From Lama glama (Eukaryota), in the NCBI GenBank assembly GCA_028534125.1, contig CM052816.1, positions 97,838,001 to 97,902,000 on the forward strand: 64,000 nt of DNA. The letters are read 5' to 3'. Position numbers and translations under genes: made by a program. Below are positions 1 to 16,842 of the stretch, piece by piece. The first letter of the stretch is position 1. Each line of letters starts with the position of its first letter. The notes beneath the pieces were generated by a model. It searched no databases. It was not told where the DNA came from and saw only the letters and a program-made list of their open reading frames with translations.

Positions 1-107
1 TGTCACCGGAGGCTCGTGGCAGAGTGGGGACGGCTGGGCACAGCCTGGGGGTGGCCATAGGCACACAGGAAAGTGAGAACGAGGGGGGCCGCTTAAACTC
101 ACTGCTA

Positions 108-332
<225 letters not shown>

Positions 333-419
333 TCAGCCACCCTTGCAGGCCCCGCCGAGACCTAAACCTGCCCCTGAGGCCGACAAACTAAATTTCTAAC
401 TTAACTTTTCTTTTCAATT

Positions 420-1007
<588 letters not shown>

Positions 1008-1612
1008 TCACCAGGGGCCACTTCACACAGCACAGCACTGTGCTAGTGAACGATGGCGAAGAAGCTAAGACAACTTTACAAAAGCCGTACGACTGCTGAC
1101 GTCTGAGTCCAAACACACCTTGAGATCACAGCACAAAGTTGGGCCCTGACGCATAAGCCCATGAACCTACGTCTACAGAACACTGTTTAAGTCTTCAGTG
1201 ATCCCAGAGGTCCCCTGTGCCCACTTCTCACTGCACGGGCAAAAGCGGACACACCAAGCACCCACCCCGGGCCCCAAGCTCTGCTGGAAACACGGTGCGT
1301 GGCTGGAGGCCCTGGGAGCCCACGTCCCTCACCGATGCCAGGCTCAGAACCCGCTGCCTGCACAGCCTGCCAGGAGCACCACTACCCCCTGCTTCAACCT
1401 CCCCGAAGCAAACACCCTAAAGAAAAGCTCAACTCCCCAAATAAGAAATTTTCAGCTCCTGACCGTGGATGACCATCCTGAACTCCAGAAAGGCCTTCCT
1501 TTACCAGTAACTTCAAGTTCTACTAAAACACGACAACACGTCCCTCACCAAGCTTCATGGAAGCAAAGGGCAGAGGTAAGGAAGCCAGTGTCGCGGGGCC
1601 GGGGCACAGTTA

Positions 1613-1834
<222 letters not shown>

Positions 1835-3580
1835 TCACCCCAGCAGCACGGCCGGCCGGATCAGCACCAGCAAACACGCTGCCCACCGCCCGTGGGCAGC
1901 CCACGGCGTTCCCGGGCTGAGAGCCTATCTCACCGTCATCAGACCAGTCAGTGTCCCCCTCCACTAGCAGAGATGTCATTCACAGAGACAAAGTGACAGT
2001 TCACGAAACAGTCAGGTCACCCCTCCTCCAGGTGGCAAAAATCTCAGTGAAGCCAAAGTACAATCTTAATCAGACAGTCACAGCCTGCCCAAGGGGCCAG
2101 TTAGCCTGGGGCCCCTGACTTCGCTCAGCACTGGGCAGACCCGGGAGGGCAACGCCTCTAGGACAGACGTGCCAGGCTGAACTTCAGGGTGCTGAGGACC
2201 AGGTGGACAGCAAATAAAACGAAGCTGTCACTGAAGTCACCAAGCGGGCCACAGTCCAGGAGCTGACTTCTGTTAAGAACAGCAGAGTTTCCAATTGTAA
2301 TTTACACATAACTCGTGCCTCACAGTTCAGGTAGGTGAGGGCTTTTTTAAGAAGACATTCTAAGAACTTATCTCTTTTCCAGATTTAATGCTATAAACCC
2401 AGTGACTATGTGGGTTTTCATTTTCAAGTGTGTTTCAGCAAACACTGAAGGACTTGACGGCCGTTTAACTGATCCAACACAGACAAGTCAGTGATGAGAA
2501 GCTGTCCTGCTGGGCTGCTGGGAAAGCACTGCTGAGAAAGCACCGCATGGACCATGTCGTTTACAAACAGAAGAGAACAGTCAGTAGTATGTTTTCTTTC
2601 AAAATATTTTTAAGAAATAAATTTCATACCCCAGAAGCCATAAAATAAAACAAAAAAATCATTAAATTTGAGAATATTAAAAATATATATATGTATGAGC
2701 TAAACAATAGGGAAAAAAAAACAAATACAGATGCAAGACAAAAGTGCAGCATGATGACGAAGAAAGGCTTCCCAGACACACAGGGGCCTCCTGAGGTCAG
2801 TGAGAGCTGCAAAGACGGACGGACAAAGCACATGAACTCACACAGAAGGAAACACAGCCAGCAGTGCATCTGCAGCCAACATTCCCCACCAGCTTTCTGT
2901 CCCTGTCACAGTGTCACTGACTTTACCACCAACAGGACGAACAGTGTGTCACCTCAGCAACACTCAACGACCATTTGTGGGACTGATACAGAGCCCTGCG
3001 TTCAACCTCACTTGTCAGTAAAGACATGTAAACTGAATGAAAATGTACACTGCATGGTCTCATCAGACAGGCAAAGATTTAAAAGGCTGTCACCAAACTT
3101 GTGGGTGTAAATATGCTGAAAGGAATAAAACCAGGAACACGGCCCCGGGCTCAAGGCAGCAGCCCCTACAATGGAACACACCCCAGACACGCAGGACACT
3201 GGGTTCGGGGATACTGTCCGGTAAAATCACAAGCTGCAAATCTGCCTGTATTATGTGACGCTACCTAGATAATGAGGAGGCGGTGAGAACTGTCAATACC
3301 CATGGAGGAAACACTGGAGAAAACCACATCAGAAGGCAAGGGACTAAGGCATGCTTGGCTTTTCCACGTGACAAACCGCTGGGAAGCAGATGGCTTATGA
3401 CGGGTATGGAATACTTTTCTAGTCAGAAAAAATTCTTTTTTTCTTAATTCTCACTTTCTACATTTACTTTCACAGTAAGTTAATAAGAAGCATCAACAGG
3501 GAATTCTGAATGCACAGCCATTAAGCCTGTTAGTACGGGAACCTGCATCAGAACAGACCAAACGACGCCCTGGGTTCTCA

Positions 3581-3925
<345 letters not shown>

Positions 3926-4524
3926 CTACCTCGTGGCCTCTGCGAGGGTGGCCCGGGTGGCCCTCGGGTGCTCAGCAGCTCTGGTGCCGCCAGGAGGCGC
4001 TAACAGAGCCAGGAGCTAACAGGCGCTAACAGAGCTCTTGATTGACATATATCCTGTGTCAATCAAGAGCATTCAAAAGAAACAAACCTTTCTGGATTTA
4101 TAAATTATACTTCAATTCTTTCACGTTCTTAATCCATAGAGCAACTGTCTACAAACACAGACATCTGGTTCATCATAAATTCCCAAATACCATAAATAAG
4201 TGGATGATATTCTGCACAATTTAGTCACCTAGATGGTGGAGGTAATTTTACAAATTCAGATCTTAATTCCATTACTCTGACAGAACCAACAGGGGGCAGT
4301 ATGAGACTGACCAGTATCACACTGTGAATAAAACCACAACATGAAAGGATTAATTTTAACCATTCAAGGTAATCAGCACTGTGTCATAATATTTACAGCA
4401 AACTTACATCCCTGCCTTGCATGCAGATTAGCACTGACCTCGGTTCCACACTGCGCTTTCCTGAAGCCCCCATCTACTGACCTCTCCAAGTGTCATGGAT
4501 CTGAGAGGCCCACGACTTTGAGCA

Positions 4525-4737
4525 GCGCAGACCTGCACTGCCCACTGTGATGGTCACGAGCCATGTGGGGCTATTTACACTTACATGAATTAAAGCACAT
4601 TAAACGTTCACTTCGCTGGCCTTGGCAGCCACGTGGCCAGCGCTCAGCAGGCGCACGTGGCTCGCGGCGGTCCTGCTGGACGGAGCGGACCGGGAGCTCT
4701 GGCAGCCGCACAGGAAGGTACACTGCACGGCGCCGCC
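4525..4737. mobile_element. MER3-like hAT MITE with GC-shifted 3' half
   Basis: gagccatgtggggctatttacactta...agccac...cacgtggct...tggac pattern. Confidence 0.6.
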
Positions 4738-6133
4738 CTGGGCAAGGCGGTCAGGTCCATGCGAACTGTGTCTGGAAGCACTCCTAATGCAGAGCTCCAG
4801 GAGGAGGTACGGCCTCTGAAGCCTGCAGGTGTTTTCAGGGTTCAGAAGACGTTCCCAAGGCTCAGGGCAGCACTCCTACTTTTTCCTGACCCCTTCCCTG
4901 CCTTCTAGTCAAAATCAACTGCCTGAGAGCCCACCCAGCTCAAGCGTGGGCCTTCTGACCCTAGTCAGCCATGAAAGGAACGCAGACGCCACATGGTCAC
5001 AGCTGTGAGGCAGAGGACAAGGCACCAAGGGACGTGAGGTGCCAGTGGTGACCCACCCAGCCTGGTGTGGCCTCCACAGGTCGCTTGGCCCAGAGCTCAG
5101 CAAAGTGCACGTGAAAGGAGGCACAATTACAAGGCTACTGGGATAGTTCAAATCAGGACAATGGGAGGAAATAAATTTAAAAAACATAAGGTTGTGTTTA
5201 GTTCAAAATAACGTCCAAACACTGGGGAAGACCACGAGGGCAGCGTCTTGGAGGTGAGAAGAGAGGACAAGGCAGCGGGACTGAGGCTGTGAGGAAACAA
5301 GACGAGGAGCTCCACTGCCCGTGCTCAGAGCCGCTGTGAGAGGATGTACCGGGGAATCAGGCAGGGAGGGGTCGGCCAGAGTTCCACTGGCCGTCAGAGG
5401 TATTAGTGATGCTGAGAAAAATGACCCAATTCTGGACATAAAACCCTAAGCACAACCACAAATACAAAACTAATGATAAACACTGAGGAACAGAGCTGTG
5501 CAGCTAAAACACAGGCCAGATTCTGTAAAGAACAGAGACTCCTTCATGCAAGTAGATATAAACGGGATAATTAACGTTGCAATTAACTTAGAGGTTATTT
5601 TATAAGTTAAAATCGTGTAAGTATAGCTTAATACAACATTTAATACTCAGGTAGGTTTTCTACTGACAGTTTTTCCGTGGCACTCAACAAAGTAAGGGCA
5701 ATATAATTAAAGACAAAATACTGGTTTTTTTAATCACTGAGAAAAAAGGCTCTCTTCAGTACTTTTTTTTTTTTATCATATATGGCACCCAATTTTTTTC
5801 TGAGACAAATTTTTCAATATAAATCACAGTCAAGAACCAAGAAAAAGTTTTTCAGTGTCTATCAAGACATGAAATTTTTCTACACGTAAAGAGTTTCTTT
5901 AAGATTAGATCAATATTCTATTAAATGATAGAACCAGTTAAATCAGATACAAAAAAAGCTATAAATGAGCAAAAGGAAAAAAATATTGCTCAAAATAGAG
6001 TTTTACCATGAAAATTAAAAGTCAATTTCTACTACACCAAAACAGAACAGTGTAGAGACAACAAGGAACTGAATTCATGAAGAGACTGATCAGAACCTCA
6101 GGAAGAAATACTCCTGCATGAGCCTCATTATCA

Positions 6134-6403
<270 letters not shown>

Positions 6404-7435
6404 CTAGGCCGATCATCCTCAAACTGTAGGGGCCTGAGAATGAATTACTTGAGGGGCTCATTAAGGTCTGGTTGGGGAGCCCCTCTCCAGGTTACAGTTC
6501 AGCAGGGATGAGGAGGGGAAGCCACATGGAGACCCCAGGCCAACAGGGGCTGGGCCTGAATAAGGGCCCTCCTCAGGGAGCTCCCTGCTCGCTAGAGCCG
6601 CGCGTAAGCTCTGTGGGCGGGGGCGCAGTGGGCAAGGGAAGGTCCTAGAACCAGTGTGCAAACAGCCACTGCTCAGAGGCACCCGGGAGAGGGGCAGACA
6701 GGTGGAGGGGGGACAGCCCGTGAGACGGGAAGGCAGCAGAACATGGCATCACCAAATGCAGGACAAGGTGGAGGCGGCGGGGTGGGAACAAGGAAACGCC
6801 AAGGGGCCGGAGAAGGGGGTGGTGGGGCGTGGAAGCTTCAAGTGTTTCTCCTGTTCTGCTGGGGCAGAGATGATCCTTCAGACAAGCCTGATGGTGCAGA
6901 GGAAAGGAGAAAACTGGAGAGCAAGGCCCTGAAACTGTGGGAAGGGGTCGGATACAGTGACGGTGCAGGGTTGTCCCATCACTTCCATTGTAACAGGAGG
7001 GAAGGACTCTCTGTTTAACTGGACACACCTGGTCAGAGTCCGAAATCCATCAACAAACAAGTCCATTATCCCGTCCTCAGACACCGAGACCATCCACAGT
7101 GAAGCAAATCTAATGCCACTATGATGCATTCAACTTGCAGTGAACTAAACTTGCAAATCGGCACACTGAGCTACAGGGATGGCCACTGCATAACAACTAA
7201 AAAGACTATTTCAACAAAGCTCTCTAAAATAATGCTCAAGTGTATGAAACCATTAGCCAAGGAAAGCAAATCTGCAAGACAGCTATGTAATTTCAAAGCA
7301 TCACTAGAACTAACATCCTATAATAAATTCAACTGTTACAGTCTCTCTCACTAAAGACTATCAGTATTTTAAATTTTTTAACATCTAAAAGAAAAATGAT
7401 ACCCACATAACAAGCCCCTTATTTTTACTGTGTTA

Positions 7436-7576
<141 letters not shown>

Positions 7577-8579
7577 TTAGAAAATCATGCTTTAATAGGT
7601 AATATTTTCCATGGTCAGGCATCAGAATGTTCCCAGGTTGTACAGAGGGTTCCTCCCCTTATTCACACAAGGAGCTTAGAGATCATGAACTCCAGACGGT
7701 GAGGATGAGGAGACAAGGGACTTGGCCAGCGTTAACCCCATGAGTCCCCAAGGCCACCTCCCAGTCCTGACAACAGCTCGTGCTCACTGCTGCCCAGCCC
7801 TGCTGGCCCGACCAGCGCCTCACTGGGGACCAAGCATCAAACACCCACTCTGCACAAGCCCTGGGCTCACAGCCTGCCCCCACGAGAGGAAACTGGCTAA
7901 GGCCCCATCCCACCACGAGTGCCCAGTGATGGGAAGAGCTTGTCTAGCAACCACCTTTGCTAGGATTTCTGAAAGCCATTCAAAGTAACTTCAAAGCCAT
8001 TTTTAAACATTTTTTGTACTGATGTTTCTCTGAACAACTCTACTTTGGGTTTTCACTCTTTAAGACAATTTAACTTAAAAAAATTTTCCCTGAAAATCAG
8101 AATGAAAGGCTATTTTGGAAATACTCTCATTGACAAGAATTATCACCAAAAGGCACTCAAAACCAGCCTCATAAAAGCTGCCCATTCAGACCACTCCCCC
8201 ACACAGAGATGTGTTCTTTCAGAAGAAAAGCTGCCTCCAAGGAATAAAAAGGGACATTCCCTTCACCAAACAATCAGGTCTAATGAAAGGTTTAAAATGT
8301 GAAGTCAATGCGGGAACACGCTCTTCAGTGCACACCCCATCTGGGCTCTAAACTTACACCAAGGGCGTGCTGCCAAGGACACGCCCAGACCAGCAGGCAG
8401 GGGGCGCTATGGCCAGCGTGGACCAAGACTTAGGCAGAGAAAACAAGACGCTTTCCCACAGAACACAGCTCAAGCGTCCATCCTCCAGGACGTGGCCGGT
8501 TCCGCACAGAGGAACCCCACTGACACCATCCCAGCCATGACACCCTGCCTTCTCTGTAGTGGTGGACTTTCCCCCCAAA

Positions 8580-8581
<2 letters not shown>

Positions 8582-8617
<36 letters not shown>
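8582..8617. repeat. (AC)18 microsatellite in TENT4A intron 4
   Basis: Direct count. Confidence 0.95.
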
Positions 8618-8621
<4 letters not shown>

Positions 8622-9509
8622 TCTCTCACAGGCTGAACTCCCACATTCTGGAGATCAGAAGTAATACTACAACACTTTTTGGTGGTGGTTCAAAATAGAC
8701 AAGCTTTCTCCTCAAACACAACCCTCGTGCTGGGTTCAGAGCCCATGACCAGCGGAGGGCTGCCCGGCGACAGCTTGCGCCATGGGCAGGGGCAGTGGTG
8801 GACACTGCTCCCCAACCACACAGGACCTACAGCAGCAGCAGGTGTGTGCCAGCAGTGAAGCCACGTGACCACGCAGCTCCTGTAACACCCACTCTGCACG
8901 GTCCAGCCTCCAGAAAGCTCTGGGCCCCCGGGCGATCCAGCTGGGCCTCCTCAGCTCCTCTACAAGGGTACCTGGTCAGAGACCACCACCCACTGCACTG
9001 TCCCCAAGAGGCCAACATGCTGGAGCGAACGGCAGAGCCACAGACAGCACGGCTGAGGTCTGATCACCATCACACAGCAGGCCAGGGGCACAGTCTGAGC
9101 TGTCTGTCACCCGGACTTGGATACACTCGACACACACGTCAAAAGCGGTTTCATCCTCCAACTTCTCTCCAAGAGAAGTACAGTTTTCACACATGTACAT
9201 TTTTTAACAGTGAAAGGGAACAGGTTTTTCTTTCTGAAGTAGCAAACGGTAATCTTTGTCTGTGTAGGAAGTGCCACAGCTCACATCATTCAGCCACGTG
9301 CTGAAAGGGCAGCGTCTGAACACGCCTCGTTTCTAATATTAACATCCCCTCCCGACACACCCTCACAGAAGGTGACCCGATCACGTAGGTCAGTGCCCTC
9401 ACAACTCGTACTGCACACTCTTAACACATCCTCAGGTGGTGATCCTACTATAAAAAATACAAGCACATTTACACTAGAAGTAGGGAAGTCTTCAGAATCA
9501 TGACCACTA

Positions 9510-9860
<351 letters not shown>

Positions 9861-10664
9861 TCAGCGAGAGAACACGCAGGTCCTGCACTATTTGCAACAA
9901 AGATGGAAAGGGAACAGCTGAGTCTCTCGTATCACACAGTAACGGGGGACTGGGGTGAAGGCACTGCCCTCTGAGGTCGCCTGGTCCTCATGTCTGTGCT
10001 GTAACCACTTGGTCACTCTTGTTGACCCCAGATCCCAGACATGTAGAATCTGCTCAATTCGCCACTTGCCCAGCCAATGCCAACCCAAATCCTGAAATTA
10101 TGGCCTCTTTAGTCTCCAAGTGTTAACAGTGGGTTAGAGAAAAATAAACTTTTAATAAACAGTGCATGTAAAATTAACTAGAGATTAGAGAGTTCTTGAT
10201 GGAGAAACCTTGGAGAACGGCTTTCGCATGCACACTAGTTTGATGGTTTCCTATCCAGTAAAAATCCTCACAAAATACTAAACAGAATTTTCTTGAATCT
10301 TCATTAAAACATAAAATCAATTTTTCAAAAATATATCCAAGAACCTCAGAACGTTTTCTATTGCATCTGCCTCCCACGGCCTGCTCACTCATCTTCTCTG
10401 CGCTCCTGGGAGCCTGCATCCTTGCACCCCATCAAATTAAGTGCAAGAAGAAAAATGCAAAGCAATCAATTATCACAACAGGAAGTTAAACTTTTATTTC
10501 CTGTGATTCTCCCTCTGTGCTCCATGCGCTTTCCTCTAGCTCACATTTTTAGCCTTAGATTTGAATACAAGTAACCTCCTCTCAGCCTTTAACACATGTA
10601 CAGACCCCACCACCCCAGCTAAGTGACACACACACACACCTGTGCAGGGCCATCTGGTGCTCAC

Positions 10665-10711
10665 CTGGTTGGAAGATAGAGGCCTGTACTAAAGCTGCCA
10701 AATATCTGCAC
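10665..10711 (-). CDS. TENT4A: TENT4A exon 3 (47 nt) VQIFGSFSTGLYLPT(S), nucleotidyltransferase GS motif
   Basis: Acceptor ttctttcag|GTG and donor AG|GTGAGC. Translated manually; the ORF track shows a different frame here. Confidence 0.96.
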
Positions 10712-11401
10712 CTGAAAGAAAGAGTGAGCATCTTCAGATCTGTCTTCAGCCTTCCCTCCACCACTTCTCACCCGATTCTCGGGGGAGGGGACCCAAAGCC
10801 AATCACACAAAATCCTCTCAGTCTTTTAAGTTAAAGACCTGCCCCAAAAGGAATTTTTAAAAACTCAAAATTAAGAGACATAACGGTTACTGGTCTCACC
10901 ACAACTGCTCAAAGCCGGGGATGGTTAGAATGGCTTCAAGCCCACAGGAGGCGCAGGGCAGGGCTCTGTCCCAGGGCACCGAAATGCAAAGCAAAACTGT
11001 CGTGTGTCATTTTAAAGGAGGAGGGGAGCTGCGCTGCCGCCTCACCCACTGCCTCATCACCAGCCTGGGCCAGAGGACCGTCTCCTGCGGCCCTCACACG
11101 CACTCCAAGTGCCCTGGGCAGCCTCTCAACAAACACGCGTTCACCCCCTGGAAAGGCGGTGTGTGACGAAATACTTGCAGGTTTACAGCCCTGAACGCAT
11201 GCTATCATGTGTGATTCAGGGAAGAGGTAAAACTTCTCATCTTAAGGTAAACTTAAAACAAGAAAAATAATCACATTATTCCAGGAAAAAAATTCCTTTA
11301 GGCCAACAGTTCTCACACTTGAAGGCGTCAGAGCCTCCCTGTCATGGTCCCGCCCCCGCCCAGGGCCTGGGGTCCAGCAGGGACGGGGTGGGGCATCTCT
11401 A

Positions 11402-11686
<285 letters not shown>

Positions 11687-14600
11687 TTACAATTAAGCCT
11701 GACCACACTTTCTCATTCTGTTATTAGATCAACGTGACACTGAAATATATTTCTGACCATTTAAAATTCAGTGTCTTTTTTCCTCTGAAAGTATGCAATG
11801 AAATGAAAACTAATTACACAGTGTGGTTTAGCATCACAGATTAACACGAGTGAATTTTGTTGATATAAATATCAAAACTTTCCACTGGCATTTCAAAAGA
11901 AACATTTCAGTGACTTTACAGAAGAGAAACTGAGAGCTCCGCCCATGAAAAATGAAGGGTGATTCCAGCCGCCGCAGCGCAGGGAAACCAGTCACCCCAT
12001 GCCACTGTGCTCGGGCCCCAGGGGCACCTTTTGGCGCCTCTCGCTAAAGGGTGCAGGTGGGTCTGAGACAGGTGAAGCAGGAAGACACGTGTCCTGGATC
12101 CTGGCTGGCAGCCCTGAGTCTCAGCACCAGGATCTGCCCAACCCACTTGCCGACAAGGCCTTGAATCCAGTACCGAGCGCCTCGTGACACATCAGAGAGA
12201 CATTCCATTCAACACTCAAGTGTGCCCCCCTCAAGACTCCGACGGGAGGACACCACCAATGCGTGGGGGTGGGACTAAGTACAGCCCTCTCCCCTCCCCT
12301 TTACTACTAAGATCTCAACAGCAGTGTTTTCAGGGGAGAAGAAGGAGCTCTGAAAGCCACCTCACACCCCTGCTCAAAAGCCACTCCTCTGTCAGCCCCG
12401 TGGGTGACAAGCCAGTCCCCTGGTCCCCAAGTTTCAGCCAAGGATCTGGGCCGCAGACTCCTTTTACAGGAAGGAAAGACAGGTCATCCTCAGTTACTTT
12501 TAGGGATTAAAGATGGGGAAGCAAATAATCCAACCCTAGGAATTACATCAAGTCAAATCCACCTGCCTCCACTCTAAGTTTGATTATCAGTAAGGAAGAG
12601 AAGATAGAATAAAATCAGTTCAATAATGATACGACGTCAGCTCAACAGCAAGCAAAGCAGCCCGCCCGACAGCAGGCACTGCTTCTCAACAGGCCCCGTT
12701 AGCGTCGAGCTACAAGGGGAGGCCCCAGCATTTAGCATCTTATCTTCACCGACTCTGGTTTAAGGCCAGTCTCAGCTCTCACCTGCGGGATCGCCTCCCC
12801 CACCCCCACAATGCATTTGCAGCGACCACTCCTAACACTAAAAGCTACTCGAAGTCTTTGAAAGCACACAGGGGACTCCAGCAGGAAATAAATACTCAAC
12901 ACCCTTGTTCAAGGTGCAGCCACAGTACCAGATGCGCCACCACTGAGTGGGAACCTAATTTATCCTGTTAAAGTTTTTTTTTTTAATCAAACAAATCTTC
13001 ACCCCAAGTATGCTGCTGATTCAGCCATGAGTCCAGTTTTTAGTAAATTTAAAAACGTAAGAAGTCATGCAACATTAAAATGCAGTCATTTTTCCAAAAT
13101 ATCTATCAATTTAGGGGCTAAAGCTTCTATCATGTCAACAACCACCGAGCACCAACTACATCCTAAGCATCTGACGCACCTCTTCCAGCAGCTCTGCAGG
13201 CGCGTCAGGACAGAGGTGTCCCCTACAATTCCCACCACTCGGCAATGCTGCCAGCAGGTGAACGCCCGCACCGGGGAAGAGCCAGGGGACCCTTCCCGGG
13301 TTACAAGGGCATCTGGCAGGTCTCCTGTGTCAGTCACTGTCACTGCGCAGAACTGTCAGGAAGGCGGCACTGGGCTCCTCAGGAGAAGAGCTCGTGCGCG
13401 GGGCCAGCCGCCAGCCTGGAGGAGAACATAGTCCATCGGAAGCACTAAGAGCACAGGCTCTCCTCCAGCTCAGAACAGTGCCGGTAACAGGCATGTACAC
13501 ATAGAGAGACATAGAGACAGGGATATGGGCCCAGAATAAGCAACTGGCCCAGCGCCACGGAAGAATACCAAAGCCAGTGTGCTGAGAGTCTATCCTCATC
13601 CCACAAATGTAACACATTAAAGCATCGAGGACACAGGACATTCCAATTTGCAAAAATGTCACAGCCAGTCTGCACTTGCAGAGGGGAATAAACTGCCACG
13701 TGCAGAAGAATCGAAAAGTGGCTCCAAGGCTTCCCAGCGCCCTGCCCCCGGGGCCCGGGTGCACCGGGAAAGGACAGAGCAGCGCACAGACCCTGCCCGT
13801 CTGTCAGCGGCCTGCTGCCCTGCCTGGCATGGAGGCGGCAGCCCGGCACACCGCCCTCCGTGTCTCAGGAGAGATTAACGGTGAGGAGGAGGTGTGCCCA
13901 CAGTCCCAAAGCCAAGCAGTGCCAAGCAAGACGCACGCCTCCTGACATCAGCGTGGTGCCCCCAAGAAGATGCTAATGACATGCCTATCTGACATATGTA
14001 TTAAAAGTTAGCAACTGCGGTAACAAATACTAGAAGAGTGTTTTTGCTTTGCTTTCTGGGAACAGAAGGGATACTGCTGGTGGCCTGGCTGGACAAGAAG
14101 GCTCCCGCCCAGCCCCTGCTGGTCTCCGAGGCATGCAGGGACCAGCGGCTCTACAGTGTGACAGCACCGTTGGGCCAGGGAGACTCAGGAGGGTCTAACA
14201 ACCATCAAGCGTTGGGGTAGATTCTAAAGGCCCTGCAGCGCCTCCCTGGCCCGGGTCTCCGGGGAACTCTGCGAGGAGGGAGGAAACACCGAGGGCTGGG
14301 ATGGGGGGGGCGGAGGTCAGGCAGTGGAGGTGTGGATCAGAGCAAATCCACAGAGCCCGCAGGATGGAGAACCAGCGCCCTCCCTCCCCACCCCTCATCC
14401 TTCAGGCGTGTGGTGATGGCCTGGAGCCTGTCTCCGCCCCAGGAAGGTGACCTCCCGGAGGAAAGGGGCTCACCTGCTCACGGCCTGACCTCCAGCACCG
14501 GAACAGGCTCATTCACTGTGAGCGTTCGATCAATTCATGCGTGGAATGAATCAGGTTTTGATAAATTGCGTTATCTTTGCTTACCACCTCGTCATTTAAG

Positions 14601-16699
14601 ATCTGTATTCCCTACACAATGTCATCAAAAATTGGCATTTCAAGAAATATTTTACCCCTGTACTGGATAACTTGATTTGTCAGCAGAAGTCATTTAAATG
14701 GCCAACTATCCTTTTTTAAAATGTAAACAGTGCTAAATAAAAGAGCTGGGATTACTTTATTCGCTACTGCGTTACAAGGAGTTTTCATCACTTTAAGAAC
14801 CCACATACAACAGTGAGAATGACACACTCACAATTAAGTGCCATCAGCCATGTTTCCAGCCGCCAACCCCAGACACAGGCAGGGGTTCTGTGAGTTGATC
14901 ACTTCCAATACTGGACATACACACACTCAATTCTCCAGCGTTTCCTTCATGAAGAACTATGTCCATGAAAAGTTTTGATCTTTTCTACTCAAAAATGAAA
15001 TGAAGACATTTACTCTTCTCACATATCAAAACCGCAAAGTGCTCCACGGCTGACCAGACGTCCACATAAAAGCCACGCTGAAGTCTCCTTGTCTGCAGCA
15101 AGTCAATCACTGCACCTCTTGGCGCACGTGTCAGCCCATCAGCATTCAGCCTCCAAATCTCCAAGGGAACATCTATGCTGTGACCACCATGGACACATCT
15201 CCTCTATGATGGATCAGAGACATGGTCTCTCAAAGCTAGCAGCCCCCCAATTTCTGAGGGGCCGAGGCCGCTGCCTCACGCAGCAGGCTGCTGGCTGCCC
15301 ACTCAGGGTGCCCGGAGCCAACGAGCACCCTCTCCTGCGGCTCCAGGCACCAGCGAGCCCTGGCGGAAGCCCCGGGGAGGCCTCCTCAGAGGGATTCTCA
15401 CGGCCCTCCGCCCTCCCGCCCGCAGCCCTGCAGCACTGACCTAGGAGACAGGCGGCCGTGTGGCGCGGGGTGGGGGCTGCACCCCGTGGGGTCGGGGCGT
15501 CATCACCCCGGTACTTTCCCTCTTTGCGGCCAAACCCAATCCTGACACAGTAACCGAAAAACCATGAGTTTAGATTCCTGCCTTGTTCTACATTTGAAGA
15601 CATAATACAGATGCAGAGCTAAAACTTTAAATGAAAAAGTCAAACAGAAGAAAAAAAGAGCAAGGGGCACCATCAGCCATCCTGGACTCGATGGGAGCCT
15701 TTCCAGACTCCAACACAAAAACATCACAACGCGAAGACTGAGAGTCAAATAATTACAAAGAAATTCTATCAAAAAACACACGGAGTGTAAACAAATTAAA
15801 AATGTCAAGTGCACAGGCAGAAACAACAGGATTTGTTCAGAAAGACCAGGCCTCTCACGGACTGAGCCTCACACTCTGGGGTGAGCTGCCAGCGTATCTC
15901 AAGGCTGAAGGAAAGTGTCCCTCCCTGAGTCCGCACGCCGCACCCCGCACCCGGACGGCCGGGCTCTGAGCCACTGACACACACCAGGGACCGCCAGGTG
16001 GGTTCGCTGCACTGCAGGGTCAGGTCAGGAGGAGACGCCGTCTGTCCACGGAGGAGACCGAGGGTGGTGGGGGTGTGGACGAGGGATGGCCTCGCCCCAC
16101 TTCTGCACGAACGTAGCCACAGGTGCACAAAACTCACGAGAGGGTCTGAAGGCCACGTGCCAGGGCCCGCAGGCCGCCTGCACCGGGCGGCGGTGGGCGA
16201 CGCGCCGCCTCCTGCTCTCCAGACCGGCGTGCTGCTGGAATTCGCGTTTTACAGGAATGTACTCATCGTATGTACAGGTTAAAAAGTGAAAAGGGGAAAG
16301 GGTGGTACAGTTAAGGAGGTACACTTGACAATGTTCATTACACCACTGATTATATTTAACATCTGGAAACAACAAAACATTAAACAAAGAAAGTCAACTG
16401 TATTTCTAGGCGACAAGATTATTTGTGATCTTTACATTCTTTTTGTTTGTGTTCATTATCTAGTTTTAACAGTGATTTATTGATTCTTTAAAAAAAAAAA
16501 AAAAAAAGAACATCAAGCCAGTCAGGCTTCTAAAGCCCTGATACCATATTCTACTCCGCTGCTAAAAAGCAGTGAGGTCACCGAGTCCAGTCAGTTTCCC
16601 TGGTGCCAGGCCCTAAGGTCGCACCCGGGTAGGGACACAGGTTAAGATGCTGCTGTGGGGAAGCAGGGAGGGGACCCCCATGCTCCCAGCACAGCCCCA

Positions 16700-16842
16700 C
16701 TGACAGAACCCCTGTGATGATGGGAGGTTCTAGAAGTGGCTACTGAGCACCTGAAATGTGGCTGATGCAACTGAGGATGAGTGGTAGTTTTACTTAATTC
16801 AATCTAAACAGCCACGTGAGGCTGGTGGCTGCTGTCTCAGCA
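16700..16842. mobile_element. MER3-like hAT MITE
   Basis: gtggctactgagcacctgaaatgtggct...aacagccacgtgaggctggtggct. Confidence 0.7.

Noticed and set aside
14585..14660. Possible cryptic/poison exon in intron 1 (GTG|GTAAGC donor on the minus strand)
   Set aside because: No strong polypyrimidine acceptor; cannot be supported without RNA-seq or conservation data.
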